Below, in pieces: positions 13,701-27,938 of a DNA stretch of 64,000 nucleotides. The stretch spans positions 100,192,001-100,256,000 of the forward strand of contig OX597823.1 of assembly GCA_951406725.2 (NCBI GenBank), read 5' to 3'. The notes below the pieces were generated by a model. That model searched no databases and had not been told where the DNA came from. It was given only the letters and a program-made list of their open reading frames with translations. This stretch comes from Octopus vulgaris (lineage: Eukaryota). Position numbers and translations under genes: made by a program. Every line of letters starts with the position of its first letter. Within the stretch, counting starts at the first letter, position 1.

Positions 13701-14672
13701 TGATTGCATGTCACAAGGTCTCTCAGGAATGAGATTTTCCTTTTACAGTTGCTGCGCAGCAGCCCTCCTACGTTCAGTAGAAATATTTTTGTGGTGTGTG
13801 TGTTGGTGTCTGTGGTGGTCATCCTGCATCTGTTGTTGGTGGCCTTATGTGGTGGTAGTTCCAGCTTTGTGTTTGTAGCTAGGTCAGCTGCTGAACAATT
13901 TTTAGTGCCATGCACAAAAAAGATTGCTGTTCAGCTGCTGCCCTTCTCACATCTGGGTGAAGCTGGCCATTTGTTGGGTTACCGCGCACTACATATCGCA
14001 TATCGTCTTTCAGGAGTGGTCAGTGCGCTATTTTTTCCTTCTTTTATATGTATCTTTTTCTTTATCTTTTTGTTCTCCCCAAGGGAGGGATTTTTGTCTC
14101 GTGTCCGTGCGGTTTTGGTAGGGCTTCTGATGTGCAAAGCGACAGTTCGCACCTTCGACGCCGTACCATCAGTCCCCCTTCAGGTAGAATTTGCAGATGT
14201 TTCTGCCTTTGCCCTTATAATTCTTCCTGGGGTTCTTTTGTTTTTTATGAACAGTGTTTGTTTTAGTTTTAATTTTCTTGTCTTTTACCTCCTGTTTCCC
14301 ATCAATTTTAGGGTGCTTTTCCCCTTTTGCGGCCATCGCACCTCTTTGGTCTTCAGTTGTGTTGGGAGCTGGACATGTGCCATTGTTTCCCTTTGTTCTA
14401 GGTTTCTCGGTTTTGTCTTTTGTTGGGTCCTGGATGTTTTCTTCATCCTTTTGGCCTTCTCTGGTGCCGTCACCTCCTAGGATGATATCCAGAGTGTCCA
14501 TGTGTTGCCTGATTAGAGCGTATGAACGGAGAAATTCTCGTTTCTTTCGCTCTATCTGGGCGGTGGTCCTTGAAAACTCATTGCTCTTCAGCGCCGCTGC
14601 AATGATATTGTTCGGCGAGTCGCCCTCGGCAATCTTCCAGGCGCGGACGAACAATTGCAACTCCCTCGCAGA

Positions 14673-14674
<2 letters not shown>
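10747..14674 (-). mobile_element. CR1-clade LINE, near full length, inactivated (ORF1 + APE/RT ORF2)
   Basis: APE motifs LLNVGG, LTETHL, YRPP, GDFN, SDH. RT motifs GPDG, NYRPISLTS, QHGFR, YLDFAKAFD, YADD. C-terminal LERRR. (TTTAAGGA)n tail. Several stops and frameshifts. Flanked by (TA)n. Confidence 0.95.
14120..14660 (-). pseudogene. CR1 ORF1 remnant with CCCH zinc finger
   Basis: Reads CKFYLKGD*WYGVEGANCRFAH across a TGA that sits at an expected Cys position. Confidence 0.6.
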
Positions 14675-14715
<41 letters not shown>

Positions 14716-15692
14716 GGCTGCCCCCTCGTTATCGAGTATGGCCATTGCACGAAGCTTAACTGTTACTGGTGCTGTGATCGAATGTGACTTTTTAGCTCAG
14801 CTAAAGATCTACAATGTCTTGTACAAAATTGGCAACTAAAACCTTTACTGGTAATATCCGGCTGTAGTTGTAACTGGGCTTCATGTACCTTTGCACGTCG
14901 TTTAGGTCCTCCTGCCGAATTACACTCTCTTCCATTAAATAATCTATCAGCCTGTTATGAACTATCACTCACCTATTGATCTGCTAACTGTATGTATGTA
15001 CATGCATAGATTATTTTTGTATGATGTATAAGGATAATACCCCTTTATATATGTATATGTATTAATGGATGCTTTTGCGCATGTATGTATATGCATGTGC
15101 ATGTATTTGGTATCTGTGTGTATATATATGTATGTAGATTTAGACTAAAGTGTCGATTTTCGCTGTATGATATATGAATATAATAGCATTGTATATTGTG
15201 ACATTGTATATTGTTTTGCATTATTTTATTATATATATTATATTTATTATATTGAATATATTATATTGAATTAATTAATTTACTGGCGTGTTACACTATA
15301 ATATTATGCTGTATTTTATGTGGTATTTTCCATCTACTATGTATTGTGAATAGCAGAATGCACATATTCCTTTATTGGTATTATTAATAATAATAATAAT
15401 AATATTAATAGTTTTCAGTAATGTAATACAATGAACTTTGGACTTTGTATATGTACACTTTGATGTGGATATATATATATGTATATTCCAGTATATAGAT
15501 TTGATTAACTGTAACCTTATGTGTATGTATATTATTATGTATATACTTATATATATGTATATGTAGGTGTATATACACTTATATGTATATGTATATATGT
15601 ATATATGCATATTCTTGTATATATGTACCTTGTTTAATATTCATATTTGCATTTTATATCTTCATTTTATATCTTTTTAATTGTACTTTATA

Positions 15693-15818
15693 ATTTCTGA
15701 CGAGGCCTTGAGATATATATATAAGTAACTCATTTTTAACTGCATATTAGCTCAATACATCTGACTAATATGGGCATAATGAGATACTCTTATCTACAGG
15801 CTGAAACAGCTGTAAGAT
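15693..15818 (+). ncRNA. Type I hammerhead ribozyme (long stem II)
   Basis: ATTT/AGAT (weak), CTGACGA, GGCCT/AGGCT, GAAA, palindromic CAGCTG, TA. Confidence 0.65.
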
Positions 15819-16011
15819 CCATTTTATATGTATTATTCTTATGGTATTATCTTACTTATTGATGTATATTGTTTTATTCTGTATTATTCTGTTGGATTTG
15901 GATGTTCCTATTTAATCTAAATAATTAGTTAATAAATTATATGAATCGGTATTATCTAGTAGTTGATGATTGAAAGAAATCTATTCCTCCATTTTCTTAT
16001 TTTGTATATAC

Positions 16012-16096
<85 letters not shown>

Positions 16097-16822
16097 CTGG
16101 TTTCAAGATTGGTCTAATTAATTTGTTAATTAATTTCACGGTTTCGCATGTGTGTTGGGGAAATTTGTAATACTATGTAATTAATTTCGATTTTCACACA
16201 CAGAAGTACAGTCAAGGAAAACATTCCTTTCTCTGGAGATCTCGTCCGCCTCAGGTACAAATCCAGGCAGAGTGAATCAGCATCTTATACAATTTTAGTC
16301 ATAAACGGAGAAATTGGAAATCAAGATATTTTATAGATAATTATTAAATTCTTTTATCACAACACACAATTATATAATTGTATATTATTTCGAGATACTA
16401 GAAGCTACTCCTCGTATAAGCGTTAATAAACTGTATCACTAAATTAAATGATAATAAATATATTCTGTACCAGACAAGATGTTCCTTTACTGTATGTTAT
16501 TCATCATTAATTTTATCAAAATTACCTAAAGATTTCGGCTTAAAACCTCGCCAAGTCATAACAATTGCTCATGTGGTCGTTTGTCTTCACTACCTTTAAA
16601 TACTCAGATTATAGCTATTCTTCTCGTATAGATTCAGTAAACTGGTTTATTAAAGGCACTTTATTAATTTTATGCTTTCTCATTTGAAATATGTATGATG
16701 TAAAATTGTATGAAAATTTTCTGCCTGTTTGTGTTTCCTTTATGCTGTGTTTTACCGATTTCCTGTATGAAATGAATATAATCTAGCTATTTCTAAATTC
16801 GGTGTATTGAGTTGTCTTGTTT

Positions 16823-16870
<48 letters not shown>

Positions 16871-17566
16871 CAATAATTAATTATGGTGTCAGTAAATATT
16901 GTAGTGGAATGGTTGTTTATGTGGTATAAATTACTATGTATTAAGCGTGAATACTTCATTTTGAAATGAAGCGAACACCAATGAATACATTTCTTCATAA
17001 AATATAATTTCTCCTGGATAGTTAAGTTTGAATTAATATGGTAAAATAATAGTTTGTAAGTCTTTTATTTAGAATAAATTGGAAGTATTGTATATGAGCT
17101 CCAGGAATAGCACTTTTTTGTCCAGCTTATCCTTGAAGTATATCTTACACAACAGTATATATGTATATGTAGGTGTATATACAAATTATAAATAGTATGT
17201 ATAATGTAAATATAGATACTTGTATATATGTACCTTTATTAATATTCAGAAATATCTGTATTTATATCAATTGTACTTATCAATTTCTGACAGCCAATTG
17301 AATATATATAAAGTAAATTTTGCATATATCAATTAAGAGATACTCTTATGAAGGCTGTAAACATAATGTAAAGTATTATCAGGTTTACAACATTGTATTG
17401 TTGTATATTTATTTTTCTGAATTATTCTTGCTGTGTTGGTAGAAATTGTTCCTGTTCCAAATAACTAAGTAATTTATATTTTCACTCGGCATGAAACAGA
17501 GTTTTATCTTGTTGAAAGAAAATTGTATGCTCTCCATTTCATAATATCTCTTTCTTTGTTATATAC

Positions 17567-17636
<70 letters not shown>

Positions 17637-18526
17637 TTGTGTTGTGTTCTTTTTTTTGTATTTGTGTCAAATGTACTTTATGTTATACCTTCGGGGATAA
17701 TATATATTATATATATATATATAAATATATATATAATCTATACACACACCGAATTTAGAAATAGCAATAAGAGTTATAGCTATTACCTCTTAATCACATT
17801 TACAACACAAACAGGCAAGAGTGAAAGAAATGACAGTAATCTATTTACAATTTTAAGTCACATTACTGCATTTTCGAGATTAAGTCTGTACAGGACAATA
17901 AATTAGAAACTATTTGTCCTTGCCCAATCATCAAAATACAAGTTTAAAGATGTTAACGACGGAAGGCATTTCAACTTGTACATGTTGCACAGTATAGAGC
18001 AAAACAAACGTTGCGTCATCACAAATTTCAGTGTAAAATCACAAAGACTAATGTCACATGAAGCAAGAAATAGGGCGATCATCCACAGGTCAAAAACAAG
18101 AAAGGTATTCCAAATTGTTTTCATCAATCAATGTACTGTTTAATTTTCACTTTATAAACGTTCCATTGTGCATTTAAGCCTCAAATACAACAAACAATGT
18201 TTTAACTCAGGTAATACAATGTTTCACTCAAATTGTCATGAAATAGATTATACTATACAGTACATTGTACATTTCAATATATAATGTCGTTTAAAGTACA
18301 TGTTTACATGTCCAGGTTGTACATGTATCCTCAATGTCTTCTACTATAGTTTCAAAAATTAACATGTTTCACTGATACGTCATATACATGTTTTGTAATA
18401 GATTGTACATGTTTCTTTCTCACATCTTGCCTGTTGTGTGTTTGCCTCAATGTGGTTTTAAAAAACATGTTTCACTATAACTCTCAAATTGTACTATTTC
18501 TAAATTGTACATGTCAAATCAAACAA

Positions 18527-18573
<47 letters not shown>

Positions 18574-18669
18574 ATACAATATGTTACATTGTACATATAG
18601 ATAAAAATTGTTTCAGATGCACTCAAATAGTAATGTTTCACTCAAATTGTACATGTTTCCTATATTAGT

Positions 18670-18790
18670 ACATGTAATTAAGCGTATGAGATGGAAGGCT
18701 TTCTTTTTTGACACAGAAGCGAACAGTAAGGAAAACATTTGCTATTGGATAAAATCCAAAAAATTCCCTCCTAGGATTAAAGTTTCACTC
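18670..18790 (+). pseudogene. Penelope-like element ORF N-terminal remnant
   Basis: VIKRMRWKAFFF...KS...PP resembles the conserved N-terminal block of Penelope-like RT ORFs (recognised from memory, not searched). Confidence 0.5.
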
Positions 18791-18879
18791 ATTGTACGAA
18801 GCGTGATGATGTACATGTTTCACTAAGTCTTTTATTTATGTGAAGAAAGATATTGATCACTCAAACAGCTCATGTAAGT

Positions 18880-21800
18880 TGAAGAACTTATTGTACATGT
18901 TTCAAAACAGTACACGTACATTGTACATGTTTCACTCAAATAGTACATGTTCACTCACAAATTGTACATGTGTTTCACTCAAATTGTACATGTTTCACTC
19001 ACATTGTACATGTTTCACTCAAATTGTACATGTTTCACTCAAATAAAATATTGTACATGTTTCACTCATTGTACATGTTTCCTCAAATAGTACATGTTTC
19101 ACTCACATTGTACATGTTTCTCTCAAATAGTACATGTTTCACTCAAATTGTACATGTTTCACTCAAATAGTACATGTTTCACTCAAGTTGTGTATGTTTC
19201 AATCAAATTGTACATGTTTCACTAAAATGTTTCACTCATGTAAATTGTACATGTTTCACTCACATTGTACATGTTTCACTCAAATTGTACATGTTTCACT
19301 CAAATTGTACATGTTTCCATCAAATAGTACATGTTTCACTCACATTGTACATGTTTCACTCAAATAGTACATGTTTCACTCAAATTGTACATGTTTCACT
19401 CAAATTGTACATGTTTCACTCAAATGAAACATGTACTATTTGTACATGTTTCACTCATTGTACATGTTTCACTCAAATTGTACATGTTTCACTCAAATTG
19501 TACATGTTTCACTCAAATTGTACATGTTTCACTCAAATTGTACATGTTTCACTCAAATTGTACATGTTTCACTCAAATAGTACATGTTTCACTCAAATTG
19601 TACATGTTTCACTCAAATTGTACATGTTTCACTCAAATTGTACATGTTTCACTCAAATTGTACATGTTTCACTCAAATTGTACATGTTTCAATCAAATTG
19701 TACATGTTTCACTCACATTGTACATGTTTCACTCAAATAGTACATGTTTCACTCAAATTGTACATGTTTCACTCAAATTGTACATGTTTCACTCAAATAG
19801 TACATGTTTCACTCACATTGTACATGTTTCACTCAAATAGTACATGTTTCACTCAAATAGTACATGTTTCCATCAAATAGTACATGTTTCACTCAAATTG
19901 TACATGTTTCACTCAAATAGTATATGTTTCACTCAAATTGTACATGTTTCACTCAAATTGTACATGTTTCACTCAAATTGTACATGTTTCACTCAAATTG
20001 TACATGTTTCACTCAAATGTACATGTTTCACTCAAAAGTTGTACATGTTTCACTCATTGTACATGTTTCACTCAAATTGTACATGTTTCACTCAAATAGT
20101 ACATGTTTCACTCAAATTGTACATGTTTCACTCAAATAGTACATGTTTCACTCAAATTGTACATGTTTCACTCAAATAGTACATGTTTCACTCAAATTGT
20201 ACATGTTTCACTCAAATAGTACATGTTTCACTCAAATTGTACATGTTTCACTCAAATTGTACATGTTTCACTCAAATCAAATTGTACATGTTTCACTCAC
20301 ATTGTACATGTTTCACTCAAATTGTACATGTTTCACTCAAATGTACTCAAATTGTACATGTTTCACTCACATTGTACATGTTTCACTCAAATTGTACATG
20401 TTTCACTCAAATAGTACATGTTTCACTCAAATTGTACATGTTTCACTCAAATTGTACATGTTTCACTCAAATTGTACATGTTTCACTCAAATTGTACATG
20501 TTTCACTCAAATTGTACATGTTTCACTCAAATTGTACATGTTTCACTCAAATAGTACATGTTTACAGTAATTGTACATGTTTCACTCAAATGTACATGTT
20601 TCACTCAAATTGTACATGTTTCACTCAAATAGTACATGTTTCACTCAAATTGTACATGTTTCATCAAATAGTACATGTTTCACTCAAATTGTACATGTTT
20701 CACTCAAATACATGTTTCACTCAAATTGTACATGTTTCACTCAATCAAAATTGTACATGTTTCACTCAAATGTTTACTGTACATGTTTCACTCACATTGT
20801 ACATGTTTCACTCAATTGTACATGTTTTCATCAAATAGTATGTTTCACTCAAATTGTACATGTTTCACTCAAATAGTACATGTTTCACTCAAATTGTACA
20901 TGTTTCCATCAAATAGTACATGTTTCACTCAAATTGTACATGTTTCACTCAAATTGTACATGTTTCACTCAAATGTACATGTTATCATGTAAATTGTACA
21001 TGTTTCACTCAAATTGTACATGTTTCACTCAAATTGTACATGTTTCACTCAAATAGTACATGTTTCACTCAAATTGTACATGTTTCACTCAAATAGTACA
21101 TGTTTCACTCAAATTGTACATGTTTCACTCAAATTGTACATGTTTCACTCAAATGTTTTACTCATGTAAAGTTGTACATGTTTCACTCACATTGTACATG
21201 TTTCACTCAAATAGTACATGTTTCACTCAAATAGTACATGTTTCACTCAAATTGTACATGTTTCACTCAAATCATGTTTCACTCAAATTGTACATGTTTC
21301 ACTCAAATTGTACATGTTTCACTCAAATTGTACATGTTTCAATCAAATTGTACATGTTTCACTCAAATGTGTTGTACATGTTTCACATGTTTCACTCAAA
21401 TTGTACATGTTTCACTCAAATAGTACATGTTTCACTCAAATTGTACATGTTTCACTCAAATTGTACATGTTTCACTCAAATTGTACATGTTTCAATCAAA
21501 TTGTACATGTTTCACTCAAATAGTACATGTTTCACTCACATTGTACATGTTTTTCTCAAATAGTACATGTTTCACTCAAATTGTACATGTTTCACTCAAA
21601 TAGTACATGTTTCACTCAAATTGTACATGTTTCACTCACATTGTACATGTTTCACTCAAATTGTACATGTTTCACTCAAATAGTACATGTTTCACTCAAA
21701 TTGTACATGTTTCCATCAAATAGTACATGTTTCACTCACATTGTACATGTTTCACTCAAATAGTACATGTTTCACTAAATTGTACATGTTTCACTCAAAT

Positions 21801-24800
21801 AATACATGTGTCACTAAAATTGTACATGTTTCACTCACATTGTACATGTTTCACTCAAATTGTACATGTTTCAATCAAATTGTACATGTTTCACTCAAAT
21901 GTTTTACTCTTGTAAAGTTGTACATGTTTCACTCACATTGTACATGTTTCACTCAAATTACATGTTCACTCAAATGTACATGTTTCACTCAAATTGTACA
22001 TGATTCACTCAAATAGTACATGTTTCACTCAAATTGTATATGTTTCCATCAATTAGTACATCTTTCAATCAAATTGTACATGTTTCAATCAAATTGTACA
22101 TGTTTCACTCAAATTGTACATGTTTCACACAAATTGTACATATTTCAATTAAATTGTACGTTTCCTTCAAATTGTACATGTTTTCATCAAATAGTATGTT
22201 TCACTCAAATTGTACATGTTTCACTCAAATAGTACATGTTTCACTCAAATTGTACATGTTTCCATCAAATAGTACATGTTTCACTCACATTGTACATGTT
22301 TCACTCAAATAGTACATGTTTCACTCAAATTGTACATGTTTCACTCAAATAGTACATGTTTCACTCAAATTGTACATGTTTCAATCAAACAGTTGTACAT
22401 GTTTCCATCAAATAGTACATGTTTCACTCACATTGTACATGTTTCACTCAAATAGTACATGTTTCACTCAAATTGTACATGTTTCACTCAAATAGTACAT
22501 GTTTCACTCAAATTGTACATGTTTCACCAAATTGTACATGTTTCACTCACATTGTACATGTTTCACTCAAATTGTACATGTTTCACTCAAATAGTACATG
22601 TTTCACTCAAATTGTACATGTTTCACTCAAATAGTACATGTTTCACTCAAATTGTACATGTTTCACTCACATTGTACATGTTTCACTCAAATGTTTTACT
22701 CATGTAAAGTTGTACATGTTTCACTCACATTGTACATGTTTCACTCAAATAGTACATGTTTCCATCAAATAGTACATGTTTCACTCAAATTGTACATGTT
22801 TCACTCACATTGTACATGTTTCACTCAAATTGTACATGTTTCACTCAAATTGTACATGATTCACTCAAATAGTACATGTTTCACTCAAATTGTATATGTT
22901 TCCATCAATTAGTACATGTTTCACTCAAATTGTACATGTTTCACTCAAATAGTACATGTTTCACTCAAATTGTACATGTTTCACTCAAATAGTACATGTT
23001 TCACTCAAATTGTACATGTTTCACTCAAATTGTACATGTTTCACTCAAATTGTACATGTTTCAATCAAATTGTACATGTTTCACTCAAATGTTTTACTCA
23101 TGTAAAGTTGTACATGTTTCACTCACATTGTACATGTTTCACTCAAATTGTACATGTTTCACTCAAATGTACATGTTTCACTCAAATTGTACATGTTTCC
23201 ATCAAATAGTACATGTTTCACTCACATTGTACATGTTTCACTCAAATAGTACATGTTTCACTAAATTGTACATGTTTCACTCAAATAATACATGTTTCAC
23301 TCAAATTGTACATGTTTCACTCACATTGTACATGTTTCACTCAAATTGTACATGTTTCAATCAAATTGTACATGTTTCACTCAAATGTTTTACTCTTGTA
23401 AAGTTGTACATGTTTCACTCACATTGTACATGTTTCACTCAAATTGTACATGATTCACTCAAATAGTACATGTTTCACTCAAATTGTATATGTTTCCATC
23501 AATTAGTACATGTTTCACTCAAATTGTACATGTTTCACTCAAATTGTACATCTTTCAATCAAATTGTACATGTTTCAATCAAATTGTACATGTTTCACTC
23601 AAATTGTACATGTTTCACACAAATTGTACATATTTCAATTAAATTGTACATGTTTCCTTCAATTTGTACATGTTTCACTCAAATTGTATATGTTTCACTC
23701 AAATAGTACATGTTTTCATCAAATAGTATATGTTTCACTCAAATTGTACATGTTTCACTCAAATAGTACATGTTTCACTCAAATTGTACATGTTTCCATC
23801 AAATAGTACATGTTTCACTCACATTGTACATGTTTCACTCAAATAGTACATGTTTCACTCAAATTGTACATGTTTCACTCAAATAGTACATGTTTCACTC
23901 AAATTGTACATGTTTCCATCAAATAGTACATGTTTCACTCACATTGTACATGTTTCACTCAAATAGTACATGTTTCACTCAAATTGTACATGTTTCACTC
24001 ACATTGTACATGTTTCACTCAAATGTTTTACTCATGTAAAGTTGTACATGTTTCACTCAAATTGTACATGTTTCTCTCAAATAGTACATGTTTCACTCAA
24101 ATTGTACATGTTTCACTCAAATTGTACATGTTTCACTCAAATTGTACATGTTTCAATCAAATTGTACATGTTTCACTCAAATGTTTTACTCATGTAACGT
24201 TGTACATGTTTCACTCACATTGTACATGTTTCACTCAAATAGTACATGTTTCACTCAAATTGTACATGTTTCACTCAAATAGTACATGTTTCACTCAAAT
24301 TGTACATGTTTCACCCAAATTGTACATGTTTCACTCAAATTGTACATGTTTCAATCAAATTGTACATGTTTCACTCAAATGTTTTACTCATGTAAAGTTG
24401 TATATGTTTCACTCACATTGTACATGTTTCACTCAAATTGTACATGTTTCACTCAAATAGTACATGTTTCACTCAAATTGTACATGTTTCCTTCAAATAG
24501 TACATGTTTCACTCACATTGTTCATGTTTCTCTCAAATAGTACATGTTTCACTCAAATTGTACATGGATCACTCAAATAGTACATGTTTCACTGAGTGAA
24601 ACATGTACTATTTGAGTACATTGTACATGTTTCACTCACATTGTACATGTTTCACTCAAATTGTACATGTTTCAATCAAATTGTACATGTTTCCATCAAA
24701 TAGTACATGTTTCACTCACATTGTACATGTTTCTCTCAAATAGTACATGTTTCACTCAAATTGTACATGTTTCACTCAAATAGTACATGTTTCACTGAGT

Positions 24801-25895
24801 GAAACATGTACTATTTGAGTACATTGTACATGTTTCCATCAATTAGTACATGTTTCACTCAAATTGTACATGTTTCCATCAAATAGTACATGTTTCACTC
24901 AAATTGTACATGTTTCACTCAAATAGTACATGTTTCACTCAAATTGTACATGTTTCACTCAAATTGTACATGTTTCACTCAAATTGTACATGTTTCAATC
25001 AAATTGTACATGTTTCACTCAAATTGTACATGTTTCACTCAAATAGTACATGTTTCACTCAAATTGTACGTTTCACTCAAATAGTACATGTTTCACTCAC
25101 ATTGTACATGTTTCACTCAAATAGTACATGTTTCACTAAATTGTACATGTTTCACTCAAATAATACATGTTTCACTCAAATTGTACATGTTTCACTCACA
25201 TTGTACATGTTTCACTCAAATTGTACATGTTTCAATTAAATTCTACATGTTTCCATCAAATTGTACGTTTCCATCAAATTGTACATGTTTCTCTCAAATA
25301 GTACATGTTTCTCTCAAATAGTACGTTTCAATTAAATTGTACGTGTTTCCATCAAATTGTACATGTTTCCATCAAATTGTACGTTTCACTCAAATTGTAC
25401 ATGTTTCAATCAAATAGTACATGTTTCACTCAAATTGTACATGTTTCACTCAAATTGTACATGTTTCACTCAAATTGTACATGTTTCACTCAAATAGTAC
25501 ATGTTTCACTCAAATTGTTCATGTTTCACTAAAACTGTACATGTTTCACTCAAATTGTACATGTTTCACTCAAATTGTACATGTTTCACTCGAATTGTAC
25601 ATGTCTCACTCAAATTGTTCATGTTTCACTCAAATTGTACATGTTTCAATTAAATTGTACATGTTTCCATCAAATTGTACATGTTTCACTCAAATTGTAC
25701 GTTTCCATCAAATTCTAGATGTTTCACTCAAATTGTACATGTTTCACTCAAATTGTATATGATTTAATCAAATAGTACATATTTCACTCAAATTGTACAT
25801 GTTTCACTCAAATTGTACGTGTTTCACTCACATTGTACATGTTTCACTCAAATTGTACATGTTTCCATCAAGTTGTACATGTTTCAATCAAATTA
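18880..25895. repeat. 20-bp tandem satellite, consensus TTGTACATGTTTCACTCAAA (~350 units)
   Basis: Continuous ~7 kb array with variants TAGTAC, CTCACA, CCATCAAA and CAATCAAA. The repetitive ORFs are a by-product of the repeat. Confidence 0.98.
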
Positions 25896-26428
25896 TACTA
25901 TTTCAGAAAAAAAACACTTCTACTTGATCAATGAGAACTAGCAGCTAAATCATTCTCAAATCACACCTTGCAAACTTAAACAAGCAAAGAAATATCCGTA
26001 CCAAAGATATAGTCTTCCTGCAACAGCTATAAATTTAAAAGCAATAAACGTTAATAATCCTGACTCGGCAAGTAACAATCACAACCTAATCATAAATCTG
26101 TTCAATCAGGACTAACTCAATGCTAAACAACAACTTCGTGCAGAAAGCAAATTGTATTATTAGATTAATCAGGATCTGAACTCAGATCGATGGATTCGGA
26201 AATGAGAATGATAAACATTACGCCACAAAAAGAAAAAGAAAAATATTTCTAACAAGACAAACTGGAAAACGTGTGCAACAACTATATTTTCTTCCTTTCT
26301 AAATATCTATCTTCCTCTATATCTATATTCCTCTGTCACTTTTTTGCTTTATATTCTCGATGTATTATTTTTATATTCTCTTCGCTTAATGTATAATCTG
26401 CCAGTTAAGAACATTATTTTTTCAATTA

Positions 26429-26491
<63 letters not shown>

Positions 26492-26655
26492 TTTATGTAT
26501 TTATCAGTTTATTGAACTATTTCACTTTTCTTCCCGTATTGCCTTTGCGCGCGCGCACACTTACATATACACATATATAATTATATACATATACAAATAC
26601 ATACACATGCACATATGAATGTATGTTATACATATAACATACATATACGCATACA

Positions 26656-26690
<35 letters not shown>

Positions 26691-27514
26691 GAATATATAT
26701 ATATCATATATACACGTGTGTGCGCGTGCACGCGTGATACGTGCACACATTCTAATATCAAATATATATGTATACCTGTGTGAATGGATTTCCGTGTATG
26801 TGTGTGCGTGCGTGCCTGCGTGCGTGCGTGCCTGCGTGCGTGCGTGCCTGCGTGCGTGCGTATGTGTGTTTGTGTGTATGTGTATGTGTGTTTGTATTAA
26901 GTACAAACTTCGTATCACCGCTGCCACCACTAGCATAACACCAACAGCATAAACAACATCACCACCACCACCACTATCATCAACAACAACAACGAAGTGT
27001 ACTACAATAACAACAACAACAACTAAATGATCAGATGCTTTAATAAGTCAGTGTCTCACTTTCTGCCTGATTAAACTTATTGATCGACATTTTCCCTTTC
27101 ATAGTGCAGTCGCCATTTTCTTTTCTTTTCGTTTTTATTTCAAAAACTTATCTTGGGTTATTCATATCGATTCAACGGATTCATTCATTTTTTTCATACA
27201 TTGCATATATATTTTGTTATCAACATCAATCAATATTATCATCCTCAACATCTTCATTGTCGTCGGCAACATCATCACCACCGCCATCGTTTTTATGATG
27301 ATGATCTTTATGATGATGGAGAAAAGGATGATGGCGATGGTGGTGACTCCAAGAATACAGTGAAATAAACATACACCACCATCATCATCATTATCATCAT
27401 CAGTCCGATCTTTATATGTATGTGTGTATATATATATATGGAGCAGGTATATATGTATGTGTGTATATATATATATGGAGCAGGTATGAAGTATACATAT
27501 ATATATATATATAC

Positions 27515-27565
<51 letters not shown>

Positions 27566-27589
27566 TACATATATATATATTTATATTTA

Positions 27590-27620
<31 letters not shown>

Positions 27621-27657
27621 ATATATATATGTATATATGTATATATATATATGTATA

Positions 27658-27747
<90 letters not shown>

Positions 27748-27897
27748 GATTTTCCGTTTTATCTTGAGCGGACAGTGTGTTTGCGTGTGTATGTGTGTTT
27801 CTGTCTGTTTGTTTATGCGTGTGTGCAGGCACGCGCATTTTTGCCTCTCTCTGTATGGCAGTGTGTGTGTGTGTTTGTGTCTACGTGTGTATGTGTG

Positions 27898-27938
<41 letters not shown>

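Noticed and set aside
13704-14787. Long plus-strand hydrophobic ORFs
   Set aside because: Antisense shadows of the A-rich CR1 ORF1 region.
18880-25895. CRISPR array or repetitive protein (MFHSNCTCFTQIVHVSLKLY)n
   Set aside because: Head-to-tail 20-bp units with no unique spacers, no cas genes and a eukaryotic context. The ORFs appear in all three frames as a repeat artefact.
18880-25895. Satellite as a hammerhead array (minus strand GAAACATGT resembles stem III)
   Set aside because: No CTGANGA core and no stem II in the unit.
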